Counted from the first letter of the stretch, positions 1 through 10,656 are shown. The stretch: DNA of 64,000 nucleotides from Salinispira sp. (GCA_965602015.1 OZ271918.1:3552001-3616000); one strand, 5' to 3'. The notes: generated by a model from the sequence alone, not told the origin. Numbers and translations are program-made.

Positions 1-230
1 GGGTAGAGGGTTTCGTTGGTCCAATCGAATTTCGAATCCGTTTTTTTTGCTTTTTCCGCCAGGATTTCACCGGTCCTGAGGTAATGGCTTATCCTGTCAT
101 GAATCGCGAACTTGCCGCCGCTGCTTGAAAGTCCGAGTTCCCGGGCAATATCTTGCAGTTCGCTGAGGTACCAGTAATAGGAGTCAAAAGTCTCGCCGTC
201 CAAGTCTTTTGTCAGTTGTGGCCGTGGCAT
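1..230 (-). CDS. SAP-like/DUF6434-type protein, N-terminal part (runs off window start)
   Basis: Manual translation from ATG at 230: MPRPQLTKDLDGETFDSYYWYLSELQDIARELGLSSSGGKFAIHDRISHYLRTG...SKFDW; open to base 1. Confidence 0.65.
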   Translation of the reverse strand, partial: MPRPQLTKDLDGETFDSYYWYLSELQDIARELGLSSSGGKFAIHDRISHYLRTGEILAEKAKKTDSKFDWTNETLY

Positions 231-287
231 ATCTCTTTATACCACGGAAGCTGGGCGACGCGCAGCAGGTCGTCACCCCTCCTTCCA

Positions 288-1628
288 TTACACCAGTATG
301 TCTTTTTTTGTTAGGACTCTCGCTGCCGCTATCTGACAGAGGGCTGTTAAAGCGCAAAACAACATGACCCTCCAGAGTTCCAGTCCAAAATCCCCTGTGC
401 CCGCATTTGTGTTCATCCAGGAAAACGGACTGAGGTATCCTATTCCTGTGGCCGCGGGTGAAATTGCCGCAGCCATCGACGAAAGGGATTTAATAAAGTA
501 GAAGAAAAAAATGAGGCCCAGTGACGGACCGAGGACTGACCGCCCGCGATTCATCAATAATGATATGAGAAGAACCAACGAGCCCATTGCGATTATCAAC
601 AGATAAACATAGACCGAAATCACAGCGAGATCGCGCACCCGGTACTGGATAAAAATCCTGGATTCGAAGTCTGGCGGCAGGTCAAGTATGGCTATGGCCG
701 TTTCCATAGAGCCCTGTGTTGAAGCAAACTGATTCAGAATAAGCGAAGGTTGTTCCTCCAGGAACAAGAGAAGCAGTTCCGGTGAGCGGTAGAAAGATTC
801 TCTCATCTCGCGAAATTCTTCTCGCTGCCCGCGAACATCTTTGAGAAAACCCTCCATCTCCGACGGGGCGACCCCCAGTACACTCATATATTCCTCGGGA
901 CTTTCAAGAACCCGTGAGAAAAACTCTTCAGGGCCCTGAGCCGCCTCCTCAATAAGCTCATTCATGGCTTCAAGGTCCAGATCCATCTCATCAAGTTCTG
1001 TGGTATTAGCCGTCAGTAAGCTCGAAGCATAGGAAAGGGAGATTGAGGAGAAACTTTCATCGTCAAGGTCAAATGCGTCGTAAATACGCCCCGGATGCCG
1101 ATGTATCTGTTCGGTCAGAATGGCCTGGTCGCTGGGGAGCAGTGAAAGCATGCGCGGGGCTTCATGTTTAACCGCCTCGAGAGCGGCGATGCTGGTTAGA
1201 AAGAACAGGATGGCCAGCAATCCGGTATAACTTATAAGAACCGCAGATTTGCTGATAAAAATGGAGCTCCTGCTTACTGGTTTTGTAAACAAGAACTCCG
1301 CAGTCTTGTCCGCTTCTTCTCTTGCCAGCAGATTCCCGGCCAGAACCGCTGCGAAAATACAGGCGAGAATAATGTTATATATAGAGTTATACGTCACGTA
1401 GAACCCTGAGAGACTGCTCATGCTGTAAATGTCAGCTCCGAAGGCCGCAAGAACCCCCTTCATCATCGGGTTTTCGAACAATGCCTCCATTTGAAGCAGC
1501 AGGCCGTCTGCGTTTATCGCCGGGTAAAACATCATGCCGAAAAACAATAATCCGCAGATGGCAGCGCTCCATATTGCGAAAGACCTGAAGTTTCGCCTCA
1601 TTTCCATTCTGTAAATTGTCAGGTTCAT
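288..1628 (-). CDS. ABC-2 type transporter permease with a large internal soluble insertion
   Basis: TM helices, AREEADKTAEFLFTKPVSR motif, C-terminal KKDILV; overlaps stop of ATPase gene. Confidence 0.85.
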   Translation of the reverse strand: MNLTIYRMEMRRNFRSFAIWSAAICGLLFFGMMFYPAINADGLLLQMEALFENPMMKGVLAAFGADIYSMSSLSGFYVTYNSIYNIILACIFAAVLAGNLLAREEADKTAEFLFTKPVSRSSIFISKSAVLISYTGLLAILFFLTSIAALEAVKHEAPRMLSLLPSDQAILTEQIHRHPGRIYDAFDLDDESFSSISLSYASSLLTANTTELDEMDLDLEAMNELIEEAAQGPEEFFSRVLESPEEYMSVLGVAPSEMEGFLKDVRGQREEFREMRESFYRSPELLLLFLEEQPSLILNQFASTQGSMETAIAILDLPPDFESRIFIQYRVRDLAVISVYVYLLIIAMGSLVLLISLLMNRGRSVLGPSLGLIFFFYFIKSLSSMAAAISPAATGIGYLSPFSWMNTNAGTGDFGLELWRVMLFCALTALCQIAAARVLTKKDILV

Positions 1629-2560
1629 GGGCTTGCCTCGTTCTCGTCGTAGTAGTGCATGAAAATATCTTCCAGTCCCGGATCTTCAATTACGGCGTCG
1701 CTTATGTCGATTTTTGACAGGCCTCTCATCAGTTCCCTCACGTCGCCGCCATACAGGCCCTCGGCTCCTCTGGTGCCCGCTCTAATATCGGAAGCCTGAG
1801 GGAAGAGGGATTCCAGTTCGCTCAACGTGTAGCCCGCATGGTGTTCAAAAACCAGTCTGAAGCGTTTCAGGTAGAGTTGTTTGAGTTGATCAATGCCGCT
1901 GACCGTCATCATTCTGCCCTCGCGGATAATTCCCACCCTGCTGCACAAGCGCTCAACCTCAGATAGGGTATGAGACGAGAAGAAGATGGTTGCGCCTCGG
2001 GACTGTTCCTCGCGGAGAATATCGTAAAATCTCGATTGGATGAGGGGATCCAGACCGCTGGTCGGCTCATCTAAAATGAGAAGTTCGGGCAGATGCACAA
2101 GAGCTTGGATGATTGCGACTTTTTTTCTGTTGCCCAACGACAAATCGGAAATGCGCCGCTTGAGGTCCAGTTTGAGCCGTTCGCTGTACTCGGCGATTAT
2201 CTGCTGCCCGTCGACCTCGAGCAAATCCGCAGCGTAGTTCAGAAGCTGGCCGGTTGTAACTCCGTCATAATAGTTCAATTCCGCCGGCACGAATCCGATT
2301 CTCCGCCTGACTGAAGCGCCGTGCTGTGCCGCATCTTCACCGAACAAACGAACGGTTCCGGAATCCGGAAAGAGCAGACCGAGGATTGTTCGAATCGCCG
2401 TGGACTTGCCGGCACCGTTGGGACCGATAAAGCCGAAAATCTCGCCGGATTGGACCGTAAGATCCACATCGATGATTCCCCGGCTTTTGCCGTAAAATTT
2501 GGTCAGCTTTGAAGTTTCCAGTACCGGTGCGCCTGAATTAACGTTCATTGATTCGCTCAC
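1625..2560 (-). CDS. ABC transporter ATP-binding protein
   Basis: Walker A GPNGAGKST, signature LSLGNRKK, Walker B LLILDEPT, SSH. Confidence 0.95.
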   Translation of the reverse strand: MSESMNVNSGAPVLETSKLTKFYGKSRGIIDVDLTVQSGEIFGFIGPNGAGKSTAIRTILGLLFPDSGTVRLFGEDAAQHGASVRRRIGFVPAELNYYDGVTTGQLLNYAADLLEVDGQQIIAEYSERLKLDLKRRISDLSLGNRKKVAIIQALVHLPELLILDEPTSGLDPLIQSRFYDILREEQSRGATIFFSSHTLSEVERLCSRVGIIREGRMMTVSGIDQLKQLYLKRFRLVFEHHAGYTLSELESLFPQASDIRAGTRGAEGLYGGDVRELMRGLSKIDISDAVIEDPGLEDIFMHYYDENEASP

Positions 2561-3159
2561 TCTCGGATAAGTCGTTCGACAGCGGAATCGAGATGCAGTT
2601 CGATGACGTCGTTGAAGATCTCTTTTCCGATATCCTCTTTGTGCAGGAAGAGAAAGAAAAGTGATCTGAACACGCCAGCGACCAGCCGAGGGTCATCAAT
2701 CAACAATTTGCCTTTCTGCCGCCAAATTTCGATCAGCTCGCGTGAGAAATCCACGTCGGCCTGCATTGCCTCCTCAAGCTGCTCGGGAGTGAATTTTTGC
2801 CGCAGATACTCGAACTCTGCCTTGCTCAGAAGACGGCGAAAAAACGGATCCGAGCCGACCTTCATCAGCACAGCAGACATGACGGTTTTCAGACGGGTGC
2901 GATCATTTACGCCTTCTTCGGCAAGAAGAGCGCTCATTTCCTGCTGCTGCCGGTTTTCATATTCCCTGATAATGGCGAAGTACAAGTCTTCCTTTGAGGC
3001 AAAGAATTGATAGAATGCCCCCTTGGAGATTCCCGCCGCTTGGGCCAAATCGTCCACGCTGGTTTTTTTTATTCCCACATTTCCAAAGGCCTTCCGGCCC
3101 CCGTCGATCAAGCTGCTCCTGATATTGAGTTTTTCTGTTTCACTGAAAGCCCTGGGCAC
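2557..3159 (-). CDS. TetR/AcrR family regulator
   Basis: HTH TSVDDLAQAAGISKGAFYQFFASKEDL; start moved to GTG 3159 with AGGAG RBS at 3166-3170. Confidence 0.9.
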   Translation of the reverse strand: MPRAFSETEKLNIRSSLIDGGRKAFGNVGIKKTSVDDLAQAAGISKGAFYQFFASKEDLYFAIIREYENRQQQEMSALLAEEGVNDRTRLKTVMSAVLMKVGSDPFFRRLLSKAEFEYLRQKFTPEQLEEAMQADVDFSRELIEIWRQKGKLLIDDPRLVAGVFRSLFFLFLHKEDIGKEIFNDVIELHLDSAVERLIRE

Positions 3160-3179
3160 AACAATCTCCTGAAACCATG

Positions 3180-3203
3180 TGACTATAAATATAAATATAG
3201 TCA
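3180..3203. promoter_or_regulatory. Palindromic operator TGACTATA-N8-TATAGTCA, probable TetR autoregulatory site
   Basis: Perfect 8-bp inverted repeat just upstream of the TetR RBS. Confidence 0.6.
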
Positions 3204-3388
3204 AATGGTAAGCTCATCGATATTTTTTGTCAAGGAGTTGAGCTGCCGCGTATGAGATTGAGGTTTGCTCGTAGAGATAGCCCGCCGATGTCCGCCTTTA
3301 AGCGGCCAATCATATGCTTGTCCTGTCCAGCGAGAGATGCCGGAAAAGCGTTTTGACTGACAATCGCGATCCATACTATGCTTTTTAT

Positions 3389-3847
3389 ATGATAGATTTG
3401 ATATTTGCGGGGATCGGGACTGCGGCTTCGGCCGTAAGGACGGCCAAATCACTGGCGACTTCCAGAAAAGGCGCCGAACGATCGTTCCTTCTATCGGTCC
3501 AGCAGAATATTCAGCTACTCGAGGAATTCCGAAAGAACGAGCTGTCAGCGGAAAAACTGATTCCTGAGCTCGAAACCCGGGCGTTCGCCGAGTTATACGG
3601 CACCTCTTACCGTTTTACCCGTTTGCAGCGGAATAAGGTATCTGCAAAGTCGACCAGCAATATCAGGTCATTAAAACGCTACGAAGGATGGGACACAGAA
3701 AAGCTTGTGGTCAACATCTTCACCAAAATAACTCATCTTCAGAAGATTATTAGAATCGGGTACCCTGAAGGGAAGTATGATATGCCCCGGCGACTACTAA
3801 ATCTGCTTGGCCTGTTTATTCTTTTGACCCGGCATATTCAGAAATAG
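3389..3847 (+). CDS. Hypothetical protein
   Basis: ORF; TTGACT-N18-TATGCT-N6-ATG supports a leaderless start at 3389. Confidence 0.6.
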   Translation: MIDLIFAGIGTAASAVRTAKSLATSRKGAERSFLLSVQQNIQLLEEFRKNELSAEKLIPELETRAFAELYGTSYRFTRLQRNKVSAKSTSNIRSLKRYEGWDTEKLVVNIFTKITHLQKIIRIGYPEGKYDMPRRLLNLLGLFILLTRHIQK

Positions 3848-3897
3848 TTCGCGAATTAGGGGGCGTCTCGCTTTTTTCACCGCACACAGGAGGGAGT

Positions 3898-4512
3898 ATG
3901 GATTTTGAAGTCTGGATGAACGCGTTTCTCGCCTTTTTTGCCATACTCAACCCGGTTGGAAATATTCCGATTTTTTCTGAGATGACCGACGGTCTCAATC
4001 CCGGAACCCGAGTGAAGGTTTTTAATGTGGCCATCCTTACCGGGGCGGCTACCTTAATGATCATGAGTCTCAGCGGAAGATGGATAATGGCGGCGGTTTT
4101 TCAGATTGATATTCTGGAGTTCAGAATTGCCGGGGGCATTCTGCTGCTGGTAATCGCTATCAAATATATCGTATTTCCAAGCAAGGAGACCGTACTTGAG
4201 TCCAGTCCCGAGGAGCGGGAAGCCAAGGCGATGGAAATGAGCGTTATTCCCATGGCGGTTCCCCTCATGGTGGGGCCTGGATCCATCGTCACCGGAATTA
4301 TCATCCTCGACCGCGACGGCGTGCTCATTACTGTCACTTCGATGATTGCGGTATTCCTTTTCAGTTGGGTCTTGTTCCAGCAGTCCCATCATATCAGTAG
4401 GCTGATGGGCCGGATAGGCCGTATGGTTATCGGGCGCATCCTCTGGATTTTTATCGCCGCCATCGGCGTTCATTTTCTCATCTCGGGAATCCGTGAAATC
4501 TTCGGAATTTAA
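3898..4512 (+). CDS. MarC family membrane protein
   Basis: FAILNPVGNIPIF, FRIAGGILL, PMAVPLMVGPGSI motifs. Confidence 0.92.
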   Translation: MDFEVWMNAFLAFFAILNPVGNIPIFSEMTDGLNPGTRVKVFNVAILTGAATLMIMSLSGRWIMAAVFQIDILEFRIAGGILLLVIAIKYIVFPSKETVLESSPEEREAKAMEMSVIPMAVPLMVGPGSIVTGIIILDRDGVLITVTSMIAVFLFSWVLFQQSHHISRLMGRIGRMVIGRILWIFIAAIGVHFLISGIREIFGI

Positions 4513-4576
4513 GGGCCTGGTAACCGGCCAGTGATTAACCACCCCCCCGGGAAGGTCTCCCGGGGGAACTTGGCGG

Positions 4577-5257
4577 CTACCGGACGATTTTTACTCCGAA
4601 CATGGGCGTCTGAAGAGCGCCGTACGCCCGTACCCAGAGGGGAAGGAACATCTCGGTGCCCCGGGCTTGGGTGATATCTCCCAGGTCGATTATGTCCTTC
4701 CATCCGAACCATTCCTGCAGATATGAGGCGGTTTGACTTTTTGCATCTTCATCGTTACCTGCCATGAATACGCTGTGGTCTCCCGAAATGGCGCCGGGGT
4801 TCACCATCAATGCGGCGGTGACGGTGTTCAGGGTTTTTACGACCCTTGCTCCCGGAAGAGCATTCTGAACCTGCTCGCCCAGGGAATCAGTGTTGGAAAT
4901 AAAGAGGCTCGGAGGCATGCCGTTGGAAAAATCCAGGGGATTCGCGATATCCCAAACGAGTTTCCCCTCGACGGATTCCTTTGGCAGGGCAGACATTACA
5001 GTCACCGTTGCCTTTCCCGACAGGGCGATGATTATCAGTTCCCCTGCCTCGGCTGCCTCGGCGAAGGTGGCAAGGCGGATGGACTGGTTGCCGCTGTACC
5101 ATTCGGCGAACGACGGGCTCCCCCAGGCGTCCTTTTCGTTGTTGTTTTTGGTTTTTTCCGGATCCCTGGTGCCCAGATATACATCATGACCGTGGTCCTG
5201 GAGAAAAGCGCTCATAACCCTGCCGACGGTGCCGGTGCCCAATACTGAAATTTTCAT
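4577..5257 (-). CDS. NADPH-dependent F420 reductase family oxidoreductase
   Basis: GTGTVG Rossmann motif, DIANP, VVKTLNT, DLGDI. Confidence 0.85.
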   Translation of the reverse strand: MKISVLGTGTVGRVMSAFLQDHGHDVYLGTRDPEKTKNNNEKDAWGSPSFAEWYSGNQSIRLATFAEAAEAGELIIIALSGKATVTVMSALPKESVEGKLVWDIANPLDFSNGMPPSLFISNTDSLGEQVQNALPGARVVKTLNTVTAALMVNPGAISGDHSVFMAGNDEDAKSQTASYLQEWFGWKDIIDLGDITQARGTEMFLPLWVRAYGALQTPMFGVKIVR

Positions 5258-5374
5258 ACTGCTCTCCTTCTGCGGGAATGCCCCGCCGATTTTCCTGTTT
5301 TGTTGCAGACCATAGACGACGGTCCGCGTTTCAACGCCTTGTACTATCCAAGCGTGCTACTCACATTATATTAG

Positions 5375-5390
5375 TTGTACACACAAATAT
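5375..5390. promoter_or_regulatory. Putative MarR box TTGTACAYACAAATAT (second copy at 5841-5856)
   Basis: Near-identical 16-mers upstream of the oxidoreductase and of marR itself. Confidence 0.6.
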
Positions 5391-5406
5391 ATCCGGGTAA
5401 AAAAAT

Positions 5407-5838
5407 CTATTCGGTCTCCAGCGCCTCGCTCACTTTATTAAGCTCTGCCGCAAGTTTATTCCCCTCTTCGGTACCGAGAATATCTGCATATCGGCGCCAC
5501 ACCCGTTTCCACCCTTCTGATAGTTCCTCATGTATTTCAAGACCCTTGTCGGTTGATTCCAGATAGGTCGTCCGGCCATCCTTTTTCCTGTGCATGAGTC
5601 CCTTGTTCTCAAGTTTATCGACGAAACGGGTGAGGGTAGAAGGCGCAAGGTTGAGAACTGAGGCCAGTTCGTTCTGGGTCATGCCCGGATGCTCATTGAC
5701 CACCATGACAGCAAAGCCCGCCGACGGGGCGAGACCGATTCTGGCAAATTCATCCTCGGCCCATCGGTTTAATACCCGCTGAAGTTTGGTGGCGGTGAAA
5801 TATAGACATTGTGTAAGTAAGTGTTCAGTCTTTGCCAT
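5407..5838 (-). CDS. MarR family regulator
   Basis: Winged HTH TQNELASVLNLAPSTLTRFVDKLENKG, DGR motif; start at ATG 5838. Confidence 0.9.
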   Translation of the reverse strand: MAKTEHLLTQCLYFTATKLQRVLNRWAEDEFARIGLAPSAGFAVMVVNEHPGMTQNELASVLNLAPSTLTRFVDKLENKGLMHRKKDGRTTYLESTDKGLEIHEELSEGWKRVWRRYADILGTEEGNKLAAELNKVSEALETE

Positions 5839-6119
5839 GCTTGTACATACAAATATCATACATAATTTTTATCGTCAAGGGGGGTCAGCCAATTTCGAAA
5901 TCACGGGAAAAAACTCCTGCTGAAAAGGAGTAGGTCGATTGCACATTGACATTAGATTTCCCGCGGTCTCCATTTTCTAGTTTTTATTGTGTAGATAGCT
6001 TTTACTTGATGCCAAAGTATATAAAAGATGGCAGACGCACAGCTTGGAAGCCTGGAATGCTGCGGATTTCGGGGGATTGACCATGTGCAATTGCCAATAG
6101 TGCCTGGTAGTATAAACCC

Positions 6120-7073
6120 ATGCTGTTTTTTTCCGACTGTACCCGTTTGTATACTCCATCCGGTCCGGTTTCACAGCTAAATGCAGTGTATCGTTGCGGA
6201 CTCGGCTTCCGCCTTTTTGATTTCGCCAATAACACCGATCAGATTCTGCTGTTATGCAATACCTTTGAAGGCGACCTCGAGTTTGACGACGGGGGCTACC
6301 TTGGAATTGGGGAGTTCAGCTTGCTGCACGGGCGGAGTAGGGTTCTCGCAGAAGATAAAGCCCCGCAGTTCAATGATGCGGTTTGGCACAGCGCGGCACA
6401 TGCTGAATCTATGAGCGGGAACAGCGCATTGTTGTTCGCCATGAGTTCAGCTTTTTTTAATGAAATGCTCTCGTTTCTCTCAATCGACATGGATTTCAGC
6501 GAACTTATGGAGTTTGAAGCTTTTCTCATGGATTCCGACATGCTCGAACTGGTGATGGGAGCATCGGCTCATATAGCAGTCTATCCCCGTGAAAGAACAA
6601 GAGACCGGTTGACGATAGACCGCTGGTATTCAAGTCTCGAAGATTATGCCATGGAGCTTTTCCATCATTACCTGCGATTCCTGCTCATAAAGCAGCGGGC
6701 CGTTGATGCGGGTATTGGCAAAAGGGACCAGACACGGCGCGATGTGATTCATGCGCTATTAAAGGCAAAGGGATATATTGAACGCAACTATATGGAAAAA
6801 ATCGACAGCCGCAGCATCTCGGCTTTTGCGGGAATTTCCCACTATCATTTTCACCGGCTTTTTAAACAGATTTTTGCCGCAACTCCCGGGCAATACCTCA
6901 CCCGCTACCGGCTGAATGAAGCCCGTAAGATGATTCGCTACCACGACGCCAGGGTCACAGACGCGGCTCTGGAAGTGGGGTACGATAGCCTGAGTTCGTT
7001 TATTCATGCGTTTGAACTGCAGTTCGGATATAGCCCGAAAAACAGTAATAAGCCCTTGCCGCCCAAAAGTTAG
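6120..7073 (+). CDS. AraC family regulator
   Basis: C-terminal double HTH: HFHRLFKQIF...VGYDSLSSFIHAFELQFGYSP. Confidence 0.9.
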   Translation: MLFFSDCTRLYTPSGPVSQLNAVYRCGLGFRLFDFANNTDQILLLCNTFEGDLEFDDGGYLGIGEFSLLHGRSRVLAEDKAPQFNDAVWHSAAHAESMSGNSALLFAMSSAFFNEMLSFLSIDMDFSELMEFEAFLMDSDMLELVMGASAHIAVYPRERTRDRLTIDRWYSSLEDYAMELFHHYLRFLLIKQRAVDAGIGKRDQTRRDVIHALLKAKGYIERNYMEKIDSRSISAFAGISHYHFHRLFKQIFAATPGQYLTRYRLNEARKMIRYHDARVTDAALEVGYDSLSSFIHAFELQFGYSPKNSNKPLPPKS

Positions 7074-7199
7074 CAATCTGCGACAATTAGCCGGGTAATA
7101 TTTCGGCTATATTGATATCAGCAGCTGCCGGAATGGTTCCATTCCTGATGGATTTCCGGTGGACATAGTCGAATCTGCAATTGTTCTGAGGAGGACAAC

Positions 7200-7517
7200 A
7201 TGCCGAGTATACGTGCTGAAAATGTAAATCATCCGGGATATTCCGAGCCGCTGAACGAGACCAAATACAAGTACATACGGGAGGCGATTCTGGCCTCCCT
7301 TGACCGATTTGCCGGCAGCAGCAATGAGGGAATGAGGTTCACCGATCTTGAACAGGCGGTCGACAGCTATATTGATGAGCAAGCCATACCCAGAAGCCTG
7401 TTCCCCAAACCCGGGTCAGTCCGCTGGTATACCAAATCTGTTCAGCTAGACCTTGAGGCCAAAGACCTGATTGAACGGGTACCGGAGAAACGCCCACTGC
7501 GGTTTCGGAGGAAGTAG
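7200..7517 (+). CDS. Conserved hypothetical protein (DUF6958-like)
   Basis: GSVRWYTKSVQLDLEAK motif; GAGGAGG RBS. Confidence 0.65.
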   Translation: MPSIRAENVNHPGYSEPLNETKYKYIREAILASLDRFAGSSNEGMRFTDLEQAVDSYIDEQAIPRSLFPKPGSVRWYTKSVQLDLEAKDLIERVPEKRPLRFRRK

Positions 7518-7679
7518 GCTGACAAAACGGCTGGGGCTGGGTAGACATTGCGCTGCCCAACCGTTCTATGTGGCATTAAATGTCATTGATTTAAGGAGCT
7601 TCGCCTGCAGGGTAAAAAAGAACAGGCTGCAATTTCCTGCATTGTAATCGTCTCGACTGTAGTTCTTCAGATTGGCTAT

Positions 7680-8381
7680 GTGCTGACTCTCGCGCGTTTC
7701 ATGTATTGGGTGAATATCGTGATGTTTACGGCATTTCTCGGGTTTGCCATACAGAAAAGACGTTTTGCTCTAATCAACCTGTTTCTTCTCTTCCTTGCCA
7801 TTCATGTATCAGGCCGGGTGCTGTTATTGCGGTACTGGAACCTGGTTTCCGGATTTATAATGTACTCGCTGATTTCCTTTGCGGTCCCGCAAATGAGAAA
7901 ACAGCAAAACTGGTTTCGTATGGGTACCATCGACAAAAAATCAGGGGTGTATCTTCTTGTAACGATTGTCCTGTCCAGTGCGGTTCTCATATTCTGGTAT
8001 TTCACCGCTAAGCCCGATTTAAGCGCTATGACTGAAGCGCTCATTTCCCACAGCGTAGCGGTTAAGATAGCGGCAGTAATTATCTTCGCTCTGATAAATG
8101 CAGTCACCGAAGAATGCATTTTCGACGGAGTGCTTTTCCATGCCTCTGAGAAAGCGTTCCGCAGCCCTGCGGTCGTCATCCTTATTTCGGCAGTTTCGTA
8201 CAGCATCGTTCACTACTATGGCATCCCTAACGGATTCAGCGGAGTGCTTCTTTCATTTATATACGGGGGTTTAATGCTCGGTGTATTGCGATATCTAACC
8301 GGCGGAATACTTATGCCTATCCTCGCCCATATTGCGGCGGATGTAACAATAGCTTTGCTGGCGTTCGGGTTTATTTCTTAA
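7680..8381 (+). CDS. CPBP/CAAX family intramembrane glutamic endopeptidase
   Basis: EE (VTEECIFDG), HY, and HIAAD motifs in a polytopic membrane protein. Confidence 0.85.
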   Translation: MLTLARFMYWVNIVMFTAFLGFAIQKRRFALINLFLLFLAIHVSGRVLLLRYWNLVSGFIMYSLISFAVPQMRKQQNWFRMGTIDKKSGVYLLVTIVLSSAVLIFWYFTAKPDLSAMTEALISHSVAVKIAAVIIFALINAVTEECIFDGVLFHASEKAFRSPAVVILISAVSYSIVHYYGIPNGFSGVLLSFIYGGLMLGVLRYLTGGILMPILAHIAADVTIALLAFGFIS

Positions 8382-8436
8382 AATCAATTGACTGGTACTT
8401 ATTCAATTATTCCATTTTCAACGTATACTTGAAAAT

Positions 8437-9129
8437 ATGTTTGCCGACGATATCCGGCGGTTTTGCCAGAGCCACGGGCCGGACAAGCCCAATGACAGTG
8501 AGCGGCATAGCGGGTCGCCAAAGAGGCACTACGGCCTGAGCAATCCGACAATGCGGAACTTCGTAAAAAGCTGGAAAGCCCGGCATTCCGGGCTTGGTTA
8601 CCGGGAGTGGGAGGAAACCTTGAGCCGACTGTATGCCGGTGATTCGATAGACGAGTGCTGCATCGCTGGTATGCTGCTTGGCCAGTTTCCCCGTTTCAGG
8701 CGAGAACTGCCCCTCCCTGTGCTCGATACCTGGATAGCCGGGCTACGCGGCTGGAGAGAAATCGATACCACCTGTCAGTCGAATTTTACCGCCGATGAGC
8801 TGCTCCTATCATGGAACGATTGGAATCGGTTTCTCGAGGTTTTTTCCCAAAAAGAAAGTATAAGCCATCGCCGGGCGAGCTTGGTGCTAATGGTAAAGCC
8901 TCTTCGCGATTCAGATGATTCCCGCTTGCTTGAACGGGCATTGAAGAATGTCGATGCGCTCAAATCTGAGAAGGATATTCTCATTTCGAAGGCAGTTTCC
9001 TGGGTTTTGCGCTCGGCGATAAAGAACCATACATCGGCGGCGCAAGGCTATGTGGCCAGCAATGCGGAGACGCTGCCGCCCATTGCTGTTCGGGAATTCC
9101 GCAGGAAACTGGAAACCGGCATAAAATGA
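8437..9129 (+). CDS. DNA alkylation repair protein (AlkD-like HEAT repeat)
   Basis: GLSNP, W..ID, RRASLV, KAVSWVLR motifs. Confidence 0.8.
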   Translation: MFADDIRRFCQSHGPDKPNDSERHSGSPKRHYGLSNPTMRNFVKSWKARHSGLGYREWEETLSRLYAGDSIDECCIAGMLLGQFPRFRRELPLPVLDTWIAGLRGWREIDTTCQSNFTADELLLSWNDWNRFLEVFSQKESISHRRASLVLMVKPLRDSDDSRLLERALKNVDALKSEKDILISKAVSWVLRSAIKNHTSAAQGYVASNAETLPPIAVREFRRKLETGIK

Positions 9130-9137
9130 GGCCCAAT

Positions 9138-10118
9138 CTACATCTCATCGAGCAACTCCATTGCCCCCCGCTCTTTCTCGGCGATGCCCGTCAGCAGAGC
9201 AGCGATTTCGCCTAAAAGTCCGGGGTCAGCCTCGGTTCCGCTCCGTTCGAACAGTTCGGCACAGGCGGTCCAGTCGCTGGCAGCGTCGGCGAACTCCTGT
9301 GCCGCCTGTTTTATCTGAGCTTTTCCGCTGCGTTCATATGCCTCGGTCAGGAAATCCCGGTAAAGATTTCGGAACAAAGCTCCTCCGGTGCCCGCCCGCT
9401 CCATGAGCATGCCGATCTGCGGAAGATCAGTTTGGGGATCATCACTGAGACCGTACCAGCTTTCGACCTGTTTTGCGAATTTCCTGATGCCTTTGAAGGT
9501 GAAATTCGTTATCGGCGGATTCAGGTACGCCGTCGCATTCTGTTTAATTGCACGGATAATTGCCGATTCTCCGGGCTCACGTATTTCGCCAGCGGAAATA
9601 GTATATGAACGGTTCCTGGCAGACATGGGGCCTTTCTCATTCCTGGCCGCCTGAACGCTTGCCAGGGAGCTGGTCACGTTTCCGCCCTGCTGCGCCGTAT
9701 CGATGAGGAATGCCGAGTCTGAATCATAGCCGTACATGGCTACGAAATGCCCGGCAAAATGTATCTTGTTGCTGAAGTACTCGAGATGATACGAGTCCAG
9801 CTGCAATCCGACGGGTCGCCCTTCGGAGAGGTCGGAGGATATTTGATCCCAGGCTTTTTTTGCTGAACTGGTTTCATGCTCGCGAAGCTCCAGCCCGAGG
9901 TTTCGACACAGGTTTTGCGTCAATTCGAAGGTTTTACAGCGTCCCCCAACGAAGGGCAGCTTCATCCCTTTGATGGGGAATAATAAGAATGACAGCCCCT
10001 CGCCGAGCCCGAAAATCATCGCTTCGCTTAATTCCAGACCGGCATGCTTAAGGAGATTGCCCGTGGCAGTGCTTTCGCAGTGAACTCCGTAGAAAGGACG
10101 GAATTTTTCAATTTTCAT
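9138..10118 (-). CDS. BtrH N-terminal/DUF4872 domain protein (papain-like fold)
   Basis: GVHCES, SEAMIFGLGEG, HFAGHFV, GTGGALFRNLY motifs; start at 10118. Confidence 0.8.
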   Translation of the reverse strand: MKIEKFRPFYGVHCESTATGNLLKHAGLELSEAMIFGLGEGLSFLLFPIKGMKLPFVGGRCKTFELTQNLCRNLGLELREHETSSAKKAWDQISSDLSEGRPVGLQLDSYHLEYFSNKIHFAGHFVAMYGYDSDSAFLIDTAQQGGNVTSSLASVQAARNEKGPMSARNRSYTISAGEIREPGESAIIRAIKQNATAYLNPPITNFTFKGIRKFAKQVESWYGLSDDPQTDLPQIGMLMERAGTGGALFRNLYRDFLTEAYERSGKAQIKQAAQEFADAASDWTACAELFERSGTEADPGLLGEIAALLTGIAEKERGAMELLDEM

Positions 10119-10656
10119 AGTAATTTTCCTCCATTTGATTGATGAGGTTTTTACTGAACTGAATGTCCGAGCGGATATGATGAAAACTGTACTCAAAAAG
10201 CATCCGGGCATGTTCGGGAATACCGCGAGTTTGCTTCGATTCTATCCGAGCAATCTCCCCTTGCAGGAAATCGATCCGGTTTCTTAACATTTCACATAGT
10301 TCTGCGTGTTCGAACAGAAAACTTGCGGCAAGTCCGAGAGCGAAGTGCCGTTCCCGCTCGCGGCCGTTAGCAAGTCCGAAACGGGCTTCTTTCTTGAGGG
10401 TGTTCAAACCCAACTCGCTTATGCGATATCTGGTCCCCGTCGGACCCTTGCCGGTTTTGTCAACATCGGTCTCTCCACTGACATATTGATCGCGCTCAAG
10501 TTTCCTGAGTCCCTTGTAAATTGACGTCATACCGATATCCGCCCACTGGCGAAATCCGCGCTCCTCAATTCGTTTGTTGATGTCGTATCCTGTTGCGGAA
10601 TCGCACTCAGCCAGCAGCATCAGTATGGAGTAGGCGGAATTTGTAATTGAATTCAT
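10108..10656 (-). CDS. PadR family regulator
   Basis: GYDINK..., SIYKGLRKLE, YRISELG. Confidence 0.88.
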   Translation of the reverse strand: MNSITNSAYSILMLLAECDSATGYDINKRIEERGFRQWADIGMTSIYKGLRKLERDQYVSGETDVDKTGKGPTGTRYRISELGLNTLKKEARFGLANGRERERHFALGLAASFLFEHAELCEMLRNRIDFLQGEIARIESKQTRGIPEHARMLFEYSFHHIRSDIQFSKNLINQMEENYYEN

